The notes: generated by a model from the letters alone, not told the origin. A stretch of 54,024 nucleotides of DNA from an uncultured bacterium (GCA_964524135.1 CAZGBZ010000001.1:1-54024); one strand, 5' to 3'. Shown: positions 8,649 to 19,299, counted from the first letter of the stretch. Made by a program: numbers and translations.

Positions 8649-9818
8649 TTACCCTTCTCCCAAAATTATATTAACAATACTTACCAAATCTATCACATTA
8701 TAATTACCGTCACCATTTATATCCCAATCGCACCAAACGGAACAATCTTCCACGTCAAATGCATCCAGAATATCACATATTATTGTGGTAAGGTCTAAAA
8801 TATTTACAATGCCATCATTATTTACATCTCCCAGTTCGGCACATTCTTCTGGAGAGTAACCCAATTGATTATACAAAAAGGTGAATCCATTTTCTAACAT
8901 TCCGGGCCAGTATTCAGAAGGACCACCGAACCAATTTCCGTTCACCGTACCCCAATATTCATGCAATTGACCCTCTTCGGCATACAATGTATTTTCAATA
9001 TTCAATTCATCTAATCGTTCATGAATAAGATTTGAGCCATATACAATTGGGAGGGCAATATCTAATAATGGAAATCCGGCATTAAAGGGAATTACAGGGT
9101 CAGCCGTTCCATGAAACATGAGAGTGGGCACGGCATCCCAAGAATCTATCCAGTCTAAATCACCAATAGCCCCCCAGCAACTGATAATTGCTTTAGGTCG
9201 ACGCTCATGGTCATAGGGATTCCCCTCGCAATCAATGCAGCCCAAATCTGGATCCTGCCAATTTCCATAAGATGCTTCAGGTCGTTCATCTTCATCAGAA
9301 AATGCAAGGTGTAACGCTATAAATGAACCGGCACTGCTACCCCACATAAATATATTATCAGGATCAATTCCAAATTCCTCTGGATATTCTTTTAAGTAGC
9401 GGATTGCCGCACTTCCATCCTGAACGCCTCTGTAAACGGCACGTTCTCCACTATAACTACTGAGGATATTGAGACCTAATCGATAATTTAAACTGATGGC
9501 CACATATCCTCGCTTTGCGGCTGACGTAGAAAGAGCTACCATATCATCCAATTCATTATGTCCGGAGAAAAACGCACCTGTATGGAGAAATATTATAACA
9601 GGACGGTTCGATAGAGTATCCCCTTCAGGTTCATATACATCCATATCTAAATCTATATCATAGGTATTCCATTCAAACAGAAAAATGAAGGGGAGATCAG
9701 GGGCATTGCCATATACTACATCCTCAGTTTTTTGAACAGACTCAAAAACTTCGTCAACATAACGGATGCCCTGGGCAAATACCATGGTAAAAGATGCTAT
9801 TATTAAAATTAACCGCAT
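8649..9818 (-). CDS. Secreted alpha/beta hydrolase (carboxylesterase-like) with C-terminal dockerin-like domain
   Basis: HTGAF oxyanion motif, NYRL, GSSAG nucleophile, HGTAD; two DxNxDG loops. Start moved from 9890 to ATG 9818, which gives the signal peptide MRLILIIASFTMVFA. Confidence 0.85.
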   Translation of the reverse strand: MRLILIIASFTMVFAQGIRYVDEVFESVQKTEDVVYGNAPDLPFIFLFEWNTYDIDLDMDVYEPEGDTLSNRPVIIFLHTGAFFSGHNELDDMVALSTSAAKRGYVAISLNYRLGLNILSSYSGERAVYRGVQDGSAAIRYLKEYPEEFGIDPDNIFMWGSSAGSFIALHLAFSDEDERPEASYGNWQDPDLGCIDCEGNPYDHERRPKAIISCWGAIGDLDWIDSWDAVPTLMFHGTADPVIPFNAGFPLLDIALPIVYGSNLIHERLDELNIENTLYAEEGQLHEYWGTVNGNWFGGPSEYWPGMLENGFTFLYNQLGYSPEECAELGDVNNDGIVNILDLTTIICDILDAFDVEDCSVWCDWDINGDGNYNVIDLVSIVNIILGEG

Positions 9819-9945
9819 CAAAATTGTATATTTCCTAAAATATCCATCTCGAAATATACTATAAAGACAGGGTAATGCAAGGTGATGCAAGTCGCATGAA
9901 CATAATTTGAACCTTTTACGAAATTATTTACAAGGGTTAGAGGGC

Positions 9946-10176
9946 TTAAATCACACGATAGACTATGATACCGATCATGACGATGAGGGCAACCTCTATG
10001 AGAGCAACGCCTATATTGCCATTCTTGATTTCCTGCCATTCATCAATATCCTTCGACAGTTTATTAAAAATAAAAACTGCAATTGAAACTCCGATTGAAA
10101 AACCAATGGAGGCTGTAATTGCCCAACCAATGGCTCTGAGGTATTCTATTATTTGTGCGTTTAATTCAAGTCCCAT
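9946..10176 (-). CDS. DUF350-family small membrane protein
   Basis: IDEWQEIKNGNIGVAL between two TM helices. Confidence 0.75.
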   Translation of the reverse strand: MGLELNAQIIEYLRAIGWAITASIGFSIGVSIAVFIFNKLSKDIDEWQEIKNGNIGVALIEVALIVMIGIIVYRVI

Positions 10177-10249
10177 AATTTATATTTCCTATTTTTTTCT
10201 GATTAATTGCTTAAATATTAGTTTAAATACAGCAATAAATCAAGCAATC

Positions 10250-11491
10250 TTAACTATCTTCTTCCTCATACTTTACCTGAATTGCTTTGATTGTCTCATA
10301 AATATCAAAAAAGCATTCCACCAAAAAGGGATCAAATTCGATACCAGATTTTTTTTCGATTTCATCCAATACTTTTTGTTCATCCCAGGCTTTTTTGTAG
10401 CAGCGAATGGACATTAACGCATCATACACATCGGTAATTTTTACAATTCTCCCGGAAACAGGAATATTTTCACCCGCCATTTCTGCATCAGTTTTATTTG
10501 TCATCACATCTGAGCTTATTCCAGTTGTCCCATAAGGGTAGCCGGTTCCATCCCAATTTTCATGATGGCTCAACACTATTTTGGTGGCAAGCTTGTCCAT
10601 TTCTGAGGCAGAATACTTAAACAGCTCTGTGCCAAACACCGTATGCTGCTGCATTACTTTTCTCTCTTCATCCGTAAAGGGTCCGGGTTTTTTAAGTATA
10701 ATATCTGATATTCCCACCTTGCCCACATCATGCAGCATTGAAGCCAGGCGGTAATTCCCCTTCATTTGTTTGATTTCATTTTTGGGAACATCGTTTTTCA
10801 CTGCCCAGTGTTCATATAATTCCGCCGAGTAGGCACCTACCCGGTTCACATGAGCACCGGTTTCCTTAGGATCACGTAATTCTGCCATTTTAATCATACG
10901 CAGGATCATTTCTTTGGTTATCCGTGCCCGCTCGATATGCACTGCTGCTAAATCTGCAAAACTGGAAAGCACCGTCTCATCATCTTTATCAAATTGGATA
11001 TTCTGTTTCTGACCACCTTTTTTATTGATTAATTGGATAACTCCCACATTTTCACCATTTACATTATCTAAAGATGTAGCCAGCATGGATTTTGTCCGAT
11101 AATCATTATCCGTATCAAAACTCTTGTCGAAATGGAATGGATAGGTATTGGAAAGCTGATAAACATCGGGGAAGTTCAGAACCGTATTCTGCCCATCTCC
11201 TTTCAGGGAATTTAAAGCCACAAACCCTGCAATTGAAGAATCAGTTACCGGAATTCTATGGCTCAGATAATTATTTTTATTATCCAGGTTAGAGGTAAAC
11301 AGCTTGTCGTTCTGGGTATGCTCAAAGACCAATTCATCCTCATCCCGCAGATAAATTGTACCTGCCTCTGATTCGGTGAGAGAACGGGCTTCCGCTAAAA
11401 TTCTTTCCAATACACTATCCAGGTCATCGGTATAATTTAGCTCATGGCTAATTTTTAAAAGGGTTTCAAAACGGTGAGATTTATTTGCCAA
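10250..11491 (-). CDS. GAF + HD-GYP cyclic-dinucleotide phosphodiesterase
   Basis: GAF motifs (DNDYRTKSML, GVIQLINK); ETGAHVNRV, LHDVGK, HHENWDGTGYP, DVYDAL. Confidence 0.9.
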   Translation of the reverse strand: MANKSHRFETLLKISHELNYTDDLDSVLERILAEARSLTESEAGTIYLRDEDELVFEHTQNDKLFTSNLDNKNNYLSHRIPVTDSSIAGFVALNSLKGDGQNTVLNFPDVYQLSNTYPFHFDKSFDTDNDYRTKSMLATSLDNVNGENVGVIQLINKKGGQKQNIQFDKDDETVLSSFADLAAVHIERARITKEMILRMIKMAELRDPKETGAHVNRVGAYSAELYEHWAVKNDVPKNEIKQMKGNYRLASMLHDVGKVGISDIILKKPGPFTDEERKVMQQHTVFGTELFKYSASEMDKLATKIVLSHHENWDGTGYPYGTTGISSDVMTNKTDAEMAGENIPVSGRIVKITDVYDALMSIRCYKKAWDEQKVLDEIEKKSGIEFDPFLVECFFDIYETIKAIQVKYEEEDS

Positions 11492-11524
11492 TTTTATCTG
11501 GATCCAGAATGCTGGAAAATGGGA

Positions 11525-12133
11525 TTAGAGGTTATTCAGCTTATCTAACTTTGGTTTTATCACCAATTGACAATAGGGGGCATTTTTGTTAATTCTGTAA
11601 TAATCCTGATGATAATTTTCAGCAATAAAGAATTTTGTTAATGGCGTTATTTCCGTTACAATCGGGTCTGGATACAACTCCATTTTATCAGCAGAATCTT
11701 TAGACTCTTTGGCCAATTTTTGCTGATTTTCAGAATGAAAATAAATTGCTGAGCGGTATTGGGTGCCCACATCTGCTCCCTGTCGGTTTAAAGTGGTGGG
11801 ATTATGGGATTTCCAGAATACCTCCAGCAGTTTTTCATAGCTGATTAGTGAGGGATCATAATCAATCTGGATCACCTCTGCATGTCCCGTTTTGCCGGTA
11901 CATATATCTTCATAGGTAGGGTTGTCGGTAGCACCACCCGTATATCCAGCTCTCACATCCACAACTCCATCCAATTGTTCAAAAACCGCTTCTACACACC
12001 AGAAACATCCAGCGCCAAAAGTAGCCTGTTTAATATTCAGATTTATATTTTTTTCCGTTTCTGCCAAATTGAATTCAAAAATAATCCAGATAAAATAAAA
12101 CAATATGAGGTTCCATTTACAGGTAATGTTCAT
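11525..12133 (-). CDS. msrA: Peptide-methionine (S)-S-oxide reductase; start uncertain
   Basis: GAGCFWC, GYTGG, TGHAE, GTQYRS, AENYHQDYY. Confidence 0.93.
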   Translation of the reverse strand: MNITCKWNLILFYFIWIIFEFNLAETEKNINLNIKQATFGAGCFWCVEAVFEQLDGVVDVRAGYTGGATDNPTYEDICTGKTGHAEVIQIDYDPSLISYEKLLEVFWKSHNPTTLNRQGADVGTQYRSAIYFHSENQQKLAKESKDSADKMELYPDPIVTEITPLTKFFIAENYHQDYYRINKNAPYCQLVIKPKLDKLNNL

Positions 12134-12223
12134 GTTACAATTTAATACATTTTTTAGAAATTAATTTGTGGTAATTTTATTATCATTAATCAACCATATT
12201 CAGGATTAAATCAGGGGGTATAA

Positions 12224-13507
12224 ATGAAATTTATTTTTTCTTTCATGTCTGTTTTCACCTTTATTTCGCTGGGTTTTACCGAAGAACCTAAATATTGCGG
12301 ATATGATGAAGTTATGGAGCAAATTGAATTTGCCCATCCCGGATTTAAAGCATCAACAGATTATATTTTTGAACTTGCCAATAGACAGGGATCTGAAATG
12401 GGAACACGGGATATTGTTTATGAAATTCCGGTTGTGTTTCATGTGGTCTATAACAATGACGCCCAAAATCTCCCGGATTATGTCATGGAATCTCAAATTG
12501 AAGTACTGAATGAAGACTTCCGACGAATGAATAGTAATGCCGATGAAACCCGAGAGGAGTTTCTCCCCTTTGCTGCAGATGTGGAAATTGAGTTTGCTTT
12601 AGCTTCTGAAGACCCAAATGGAAATTCCACTACCGGCATCACCCATACTTATACGGCTGAAACAGGCTTTCCTTATATCGATATCTGGGATATATTTACT
12701 GGAAACATCACTCTAGATAATGTGAAAAAATCCTCTGAAGGGGGAGTAGATGCCTGGGACACCAGCCGCTATCTGAATATATGGGTTTGTAATGTAGAAG
12801 AAAGCTTTCTGGGACAAGTACTGGGTTTTGCATATCCCCCTACCAATGTGAATGAAGTTCTTGAAAATGTAGATCTCGATTCCGTACCTGATTGGCCTAC
12901 CGAGGGATTCACTTTAGATGAAGATTTACAGGGAATAGTTCTCCATTATCCCGTGGTGGGCACCAATAACCCACAGCATGGAGATGATGGTATCAGCGGC
13001 AATGAATTCGGCCGTGCCTGTGTACATGAAGTTGGACATTATCTGGGGCTTCGTCACATCTGGGGTGACCCTATAACCGGCAGCGGTTGCTCTGTAGATG
13101 ATGGCTTAACAGATACTCCCATCCAGAATGCTGCCTCACAATTTACCTGCAATCATAATCTCAACTCCTGTACAGACTACCCTGTTAATTACTCTGATAT
13201 GGTAGAAAACTATATGGACTACAGCAACGATGCCTGTATGAATATGTACACCACGAACCAGAGCATTGTCATGCGGGCGATTCTGGAATTAGCCCGCCCG
13301 GGACTGATTGAAGGGCAGGATGGTGAGAATCAATGCCCTCTTTCTGGAGATATGAATTCGGATGGAGTATTAAATATTCAGGATATTATCCTACTGGTGA
13401 ACTCTGCTTTAGGTATTCCAGGTGATGATACCTGCGCTGATATGAATGATGATGGAGATATTAATATCCAGGATATCATATTATTGGTGAATGCAGTTTT
13501 AGGGTAA
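12224..13507 (+). CDS. Secreted M43 (ulilysin/pappalysin-like) zinc metalloprotease with C-terminal dockerin-like domain
   Basis: Pro-domain CG, IPVVFHV, YLNIWV, HEVGHYLGLRH, Met-turn NYMDY; two DMNxDG loops. Confidence 0.9.
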   Translation: MKFIFSFMSVFTFISLGFTEEPKYCGYDEVMEQIEFAHPGFKASTDYIFELANRQGSEMGTRDIVYEIPVVFHVVYNNDAQNLPDYVMESQIEVLNEDFRRMNSNADETREEFLPFAADVEIEFALASEDPNGNSTTGITHTYTAETGFPYIDIWDIFTGNITLDNVKKSSEGGVDAWDTSRYLNIWVCNVEESFLGQVLGFAYPPTNVNEVLENVDLDSVPDWPTEGFTLDEDLQGIVLHYPVVGTNNPQHGDDGISGNEFGRACVHEVGHYLGLRHIWGDPITGSGCSVDDGLTDTPIQNAASQFTCNHNLNSCTDYPVNYSDMVENYMDYSNDACMNMYTTNQSIVMRAILELARPGLIEGQDGENQCPLSGDMNSDGVLNIQDIILLVNSALGIPGDDTCADMNDDGDINIQDIILLVNAVLG

Positions 13508-13595
13508 TACCTAATTGCGTATAATCTGATTCTCCCTTCTAACCACTTAAAATTAATTTTAAAAAGTACATTTAATTTGTATTAAATTTCATCCT

Positions 13596-16235
13596 ATGAA
13601 AAATATTCTCATTATTTTTATATATTCTGTTTTTTCTTCTCTTATTGCGTCGAGCCTGGAATTCTACCAAAATAGTTATGCGGTAATAATTGGTATCAAT
13701 AATTATAATTCTGATAATGTCAAAGATTTGGGTTATGCCGTTGAAGATGCGGAAAGTATTGCCAATTTACTTATTGGGAAACTGGGGTATAAAGAGGAGA
13801 ATATCCACCTTATACTGAATGAAGATGCCACCCAAATAAATATAAAGAATAAACTATACCAAATTGCCATGGAGGCCGGTGAAAATGATAGAATCTTGGT
13901 ATTTTATGGAGGACATGGAGAAACGATTGCATTACCATCTGGAGGAGAAGTAGGTTATTTACTCCCCGTTGATGGTAACCCTGACAACCTTTTTGCCACG
14001 GGACTTTCCATGCAGGAATTTAAACAAATATCTGAAATGACCCCTGCCAAACATGTACTCTATTTAGTGGATGTATGTTATGGCGGCATAATGACGGTAG
14101 GAACCAGAAGTTTAGCTAAGAATAATTTCAATGATGATGAAAAATATCTGAAAAAAATAACCACAGAATCTGCCCGTCAAATTATTACAGCTGGCGGAAA
14201 AGGAGATACAGCACAGGAAAGAGCTATTTGGGGTCATAGTGCATTTACGAAAGAATTATTAACCGGTATAGAAAATGGACTGGCAGATGGTGATCAAGAT
14301 GGATATATAACCTCAAACGAACTGGGTATCTATCTCAGTAAAAAAGTTTATATAACCTCTGAAGAAAATCAAACCCCAGTTAATGGACGATATGGAAGTG
14401 GTGAAGGTGAATTTGTATTTGTGAACCCTGCTTATATAGAAGAAATTGTTGAGGAGAAAATTGATGATGCATTAAGCTCATCTCCGGTAAATATTATTGA
14501 CAATACACAAGTGGAAAGAGCCTATTCTGAGATACAAAATACACTTAATTTCATGTTAAATAGAACACGTGGCAGTGGTGAATCATTTTCTACTTTTGAT
14601 GGTCATGAGGAATATTTGGATTCTAGTTTCGTCGGTCCATTTCTTAAAATTTTCTTAGAAGAAGAAGGGATTGAAAGTGAACATGATATCCAATTATTTA
14701 TTAAAAAGTTTATTTGGCCTTATATAGATTATAAGACTTTTAGAATATCTGCTTTTACCTTGCCAATCTCTCCTTCCTTTTCGCATAACCGTGTTTCGGG
14801 GTACACTATGGGACCTTATTTTTCAACTACCCAATTAAAACCAACTGCAATAAAGTTTGAGTACTGGCCAATCTATAGCTTTTCTTTAAAACAATTATTT
14901 CATTCTGCCACATTCAAGCGCCATCCCTGGGGAAAAGAAAGTCAAGAATTAAATATAACCTACCATGATGAAATTGCATCTAATGATAGCTGGATGAGGG
15001 GAAAAATTAATGTAATATCTTCCATGTTTTATGGGAAGGATTATAAAGATTATTTTCATAAAAAGGGATTTTCTATAGATTATACTCATCGTTTTTCAGA
15101 TGAACTGACTTTATTTAATAAATTGAGTAATACCAATCAAAAATATTTACCTGCATTACTTAATTATAAAAATAAACTCTTTAATAAGAGAGACTTAATT
15201 AACCGTGATAACTTTCAAACAGCACCAATTCCCTTTGAAGATGGAAGGCATGTGACAATTCAGACTGTATTTTCGTTAAATCATCTAAACAAAAAAACGA
15301 TGAATGAATTCACCTATACTCTTACCCTTAAAGATTCCTCCCGTTCAATCACAGAATCTGATGCTCCCAAGGTTTACCTAATAGCTGAATCTAAGGGTTG
15401 GTCTGCCATTCAGTACGAAATGAAAGTTCAAGACTCCACAGAAATAAGAGAAATGTTGGGAGGCATAGTAGAGTTTTCTTTTACTAATTCAAAAGATTCA
15501 TCTCATCTGCAAGGTGATTCCCTTTTTACAATGGAATACACCTATGATATTAAAATTCCTCTGCCCCCTGGCTCACATGCATATCGCTTTTTAATTGATA
15601 GCACCCGCTATGAAATTGATGACGAAAATGAAGAGCGAGTCATAGATACCGATGGCGTACTTAAAACCGTCTCTATAATTAAAATAGAAAAACCCTATCG
15701 ATTTGATATTGGCTATGAGTATGCAGATAAATCTATGGGCAGTGATTTTTCTTATGAACACCTCAGCTTTAATTATTCAATTTTAAGAACCTTATCCAGC
15801 AGTGACGGAATTACATTCAGATTTATGGGAGGATTCAGCAAAAAGCAGCTTCCGGTACAGAAATTGTTTTATATAGGGGGAGAGGGGTCCGTAAGAGGTT
15901 TTGATTATATGGATACCAAAAAGTTTTCTGGCAATCAAATGCTGTTAGCAAAATTTGAATATCATTACTTTAATTTAAATACCCCTATTATTACAACTCC
16001 AGTATTTTTATTCTATGATGTGGCATTTATAGGAAATAAATTTGATTTTAATCAGCCCATTTCAAGCTATGGTTTGGGTATTACCGATGATGATTTTAGA
16101 GATTCACCTAGTAGTTTTACATTCATTTTATATCGAACTGCGGAATCCAATAATGGTAATTGGGGTATTGAGGCCGTGTGGAATTATTTCTTTGACCAGT
16201 TGGAAGAAACTGATATTGACTTTATTTTGCCATAG
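13596..16235 (+). CDS. Secreted caspase-family (C14) peptidase fused to an Omp85-like barrel containing a CBM48/Ig-like insertion
   Basis: YAVIIGINNY, FYGGHG, VDVCYGG, HSAFT, QTP; HNRVSG; LPPGSHAYRFLID; YIGGEGSVRGF. Confidence 0.8.
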   Translation: MKNILIIFIYSVFSSLIASSLEFYQNSYAVIIGINNYNSDNVKDLGYAVEDAESIANLLIGKLGYKEENIHLILNEDATQINIKNKLYQIAMEAGENDRILVFYGGHGETIALPSGGEVGYLLPVDGNPDNLFATGLSMQEFKQISEMTPAKHVLYLVDVCYGGIMTVGTRSLAKNNFNDDEKYLKKITTESARQIITAGGKGDTAQERAIWGHSAFTKELLTGIENGLADGDQDGYITSNELGIYLSKKVYITSEENQTPVNGRYGSGEGEFVFVNPAYIEEIVEEKIDDALSSSPVNIIDNTQVERAYSEIQNTLNFMLNRTRGSGESFSTFDGHEEYLDSSFVGPFLKIFLEEEGIESEHDIQLFIKKFIWPYIDYKTFRISAFTLPISPSFSHNRVSGYTMGPYFSTTQLKPTAIKFEYWPIYSFSLKQLFHSATFKRHPWGKESQELNITYHDEIASNDSWMRGKINVISSMFYGKDYKDYFHKKGFSIDYTHRFSDELTLFNKLSNTNQKYLPALLNYKNKLFNKRDLINRDNFQTAPIPFEDGRHVTIQTVFSLNHLNKKTMNEFTYTLTLKDSSRSITESDAPKVYLIAESKGWSAIQYEMKVQDSTEIREMLGGIVEFSFTNSKDSSHLQGDSLFTMEYTYDIKIPLPPGSHAYRFLIDSTRYEIDDENEERVIDTDGVLKTVSIIKIEKPYRFDIGYEYADKSMGSDFSYEHLSFNYSILRTLSSSDGITFRFMGGFSKKQLPVQKLFYIGGEGSVRGFDYMDTKKFSGNQMLLAKFEYHYFNLNTPIITTPVFLFYDVAFIGNKFDFNQPISSYGLGITDDDFRDSPSSFTFILYRTAESNNGNWGIEAVWNYFFDQLEETDIDFILP

Positions 16236-16254
16236 GTAAATATAACCATAATTA

Positions 16255-16283
16255 AAAAAGCCCTCGATTTTCGAGGGCTTTTT
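16255..16283. terminator. Bidirectional rho-independent terminator
   Basis: AAAAAGCCCTCGA-TTT-TCGAGGGCTTTTT between convergent genes. Confidence 0.9.
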
Positions 16284-16302
16284 ATTTTTCGTCATTTTCC
16301 GC

Positions 16303-19191
16303 CTAATTCAATATATCTTTTTTCTTTAATTTAATTACTTTTCCAAACTGACTAAGATCTTCTGAATTCACCTGTTTGGTATCCGTTAGTAAGGTGATGA
16401 CAATGGGTCTCCCAGCAATATTATCCTTTTGAAAATTAACAATATCATCGAATGTCATATTCTCATAAAAACTAACCTGATCTTTCCGCGGATCATCCAA
16501 ATAGCCCTGCTTCAACCAATTAGATACCCGAGATGGAAAACTTCTAAAACTGGGACGATTGGCATTAATACTCTTTATAAGCCCTGATTTTATCTGCTCC
16601 ATTCGATCTGGTTTTTCCGGCATATTGAGTGTCAAATCTTTAAAAACTGTAATAGCTTCTAAGGATTTATCTGCCTGACAGCCAACATAGCCTGAGAAAT
16701 AGCCCTTTTTATTATTATAAAAATTGGTTTTATACCCACCCCCGGATGAATAGGCAAGTGAGCGGAATTCTCTAATTTCCTGAAAAATGATACTTCCCAT
16801 GCCTCGTCCAAAATATTTGTTATAGGCATTACTTTTAGGTCGGTCACTTTCTACAACTGGATTTCCATTTGCCAAAAAATAAATCTGACTTTGTACTGCT
16901 TTTTTATCCTTCACCAAATAGACAGCATCTTCATCCCAATTTTTTACCACTAAATCATTGGGAGACTGAGAATCTATTGGGTTTTTAGATAGAGGGATAC
17001 TTTTTTTAATAGATGCAGCAACGGAATCAAAACTCAGTCTACCAGTATAAAAAATATCCAGTTCATATTTTAGCGCATTTTGAAAAGCCTGAATATAATC
17101 AATTGATTTTGTGTTTTTAATTTCCTTAACTGTCATTCTGCGTAAAAAACTGGATTGTTCACCATAGGCTACAAAATCACGAAGTGCTTTGCCAACAGTA
17201 GAGGGCTCTCTTTTCTCTATTTTTCTACCTGACTTTGCAGATTCCGCCAGCTTTTTAATTTTGTCATCATCCCCCTTCACATTTGTTATAAATTCATTAA
17301 CAAATTCCAGAGATTCATCTAATTGATCATCAAATCCTTTTACATGAATCGTAAAATAATCCCTGTCAGAACTGAATGAAATGGTAGTGCCAATCTTCTG
17401 CAACTCACCCTTAAATTGATTGAAAGTGTAAGAATCGGTACCCAGTAAGTTTAAGAGTTCTGCAGTTTGCTCCAACTTTGCGTCTTTCAGGTTTCCAACT
17501 CCATATTTAAAGTTGAGTGAAAAAATACTATTGATGGGATTATAGGCATGATACAAATGAACATTTTCTGAAATATCATTATACTGTACATCTTTATCAA
17601 ATTCAATATAGCGAATATTTAATTCACCTTCGGGGATTTTTTCCAATTTATCAGCAAATGTCGATTTTTCTTCTGAGTTCTTGGGGATTACCGGCTCAAA
17701 TGAAGGTTTTTCCAATTTTGTTTTTTTAGGAAATCCCATTTTTGAATGAAGTACCAAAAAATCATCACCAAAATATCTATTGGCAACTTCCATCACTTCT
17801 TCTTTGGTAATATTTTTTAATATTCCAGGCCAGGCAACGATATCTTCCCAAGATTTATTTTTAATAAACAAATCCGCTAAAATAAATAATCGTCCTTCCA
17901 TACTTTCAATATATTCTTCATGCTGACGTAACATAGTTAATTTTACTGCATTAAAGTATTCATCATCAAAATCTCCTGCCTTTAATTTATCAATTTGACC
18001 TCTCACCAAGTTTTCTGCTTTGGTTAAAGATTGGAAAAATAATTTAGGCAGGAAAAAAAAGTTGGCAGCTCCCATATCCACAAAATCCATATTAAACGCA
18101 CCGGCTTCCATTATTTTTCGATCCACAACCAATTCATCAATGAGCCCAGTCTTGGATTCATTGGTTAATAATTGCAAACAAAGTGATAATGCGCCTTCAT
18201 CATCATGACCAATAGGCACAGTGCGGAAGCCCATAAATCCCACTTTTATTGGGGTCATTCTTTTATTTATTTTTTCTCTACCATCAAAGGGATTTTCTGT
18301 AATATTTATGGATGGTGGAATTTTTCCTGATTTCCAACTGCCAAATTTTTCTTCAATCAGTGGTAATATTTCATCGGGATACAGATCGCCCGTAAGAACT
18401 AGTGCCATATTATTGGCTACATAATAGGTGTCATAATATTCCCGCATTTTTGTAAGAGATGGATTTTTCAAGTGGTCAACAGAGCCTAAAACCGTTTGCT
18501 GTCCGTAAGGGTGTTCTTTGAAAAAATGGTTCATATATGTGGTGAATAATTGCCTGAACATATTATCCATTGCACGGTTCTTTTCTTCATACACCGTTTC
18601 CAATTCAGATTGAAATAAACGAAAAACCGGATTCACAAAACGATGGCTATACACCTCCAGCCATTTTTCAATTTGATTACCGGGGAATTTATTCAAATAT
18701 ACAATGGCATCATTAGAAGTGAAGGCATTGATCCATGCTCCGCCCATGCCTTCTAACAATCTGTCAAATTCATTGGGGATGGCAAATTCACCAGCTTTAA
18801 CTGATAAACGGTTTATTTCATTTTGAATAGCCAACCTTTGAGTTTCATCGGAGGTTGCTCCCAACTCATCATATTTTACTTGAATACTATCTAAAAATAC
18901 CTTTTCTTTTTCAAAATCAATGGTACCCATTTCCTCTGTACCCTTGAATAGCAAATGCTCTAAATAATGAGCGATTCCAGTGGCATCTTTAGGGTCTCTT
19001 TTCCCACCGCCCCGCACAGCCACCGCACCAAAAACAGAGGTGGTATTATGGTCTTCATTGAGATAAACGGTAAGTCCATTGTCTAAGGTGTAGGTTTGTA
19101 CTTCCAATGGATTAAACTCCCCTGCTGTAATAATTGATGATGTTATTATCAGCATAAAAAATAAGTTGATTTTTGATTTTGCACATTGCAT
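16303..19191 (-). CDS. M16 (insulinase-family) zinc peptidase, secreted/periplasmic
   Basis: LDNGLTV, GIAHYLEH (HxxEH), NAFTS, IREFRSLAY. Confidence 0.92.
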   Translation of the reverse strand: MQCAKSKINLFFMLIITSSIITAGEFNPLEVQTYTLDNGLTVYLNEDHNTTSVFGAVAVRGGGKRDPKDATGIAHYLEHLLFKGTEEMGTIDFEKEKVFLDSIQVKYDELGATSDETQRLAIQNEINRLSVKAGEFAIPNEFDRLLEGMGGAWINAFTSNDAIVYLNKFPGNQIEKWLEVYSHRFVNPVFRLFQSELETVYEEKNRAMDNMFRQLFTTYMNHFFKEHPYGQQTVLGSVDHLKNPSLTKMREYYDTYYVANNMALVLTGDLYPDEILPLIEEKFGSWKSGKIPPSINITENPFDGREKINKRMTPIKVGFMGFRTVPIGHDDEGALSLCLQLLTNESKTGLIDELVVDRKIMEAGAFNMDFVDMGAANFFFLPKLFFQSLTKAENLVRGQIDKLKAGDFDDEYFNAVKLTMLRQHEEYIESMEGRLFILADLFIKNKSWEDIVAWPGILKNITKEEVMEVANRYFGDDFLVLHSKMGFPKKTKLEKPSFEPVIPKNSEEKSTFADKLEKIPEGELNIRYIEFDKDVQYNDISENVHLYHAYNPINSIFSLNFKYGVGNLKDAKLEQTAELLNLLGTDSYTFNQFKGELQKIGTTISFSSDRDYFTIHVKGFDDQLDESLEFVNEFITNVKGDDDKIKKLAESAKSGRKIEKREPSTVGKALRDFVAYGEQSSFLRRMTVKEIKNTKSIDYIQAFQNALKYELDIFYTGRLSFDSVAASIKKSIPLSKNPIDSQSPNDLVVKNWDEDAVYLVKDKKAVQSQIYFLANGNPVVESDRPKSNAYNKYFGRGMGSIIFQEIREFRSLAYSSGGGYKTNFYNNKKGYFSGYVGCQADKSLEAITVFKDLTLNMPEKPDRMEQIKSGLIKSINANRPSFRSFPSRVSNWLKQGYLDDPRKDQVSFYENMTFDDIVNFQKDNIAGRPIVITLLTDTKQVNSEDLSQFGKVIKLKKKDILN

Positions 19192-19299
19192 TTTGTTCTC
19201 CTTTGCTATTTTAATTATTATATAGAAATATTTAATTATTTAATTTGTAAAACGTAATGAAATTCTATTAGCAGCCTTAAATAATTACGCTTTAAATAA

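Noticed and set aside
9965..10417. 150-aa plus-strand ORF
   Set aside because: It is antisense to the DUF350 and HD-GYP genes.
5913..11515. CAGAATGCTGG shared by two intergenic regions (5913-5923 minus, 11505-11515 plus)
   Set aside because: Only 11 bp and two copies, which cannot be separated from chance without a genome-wide count.
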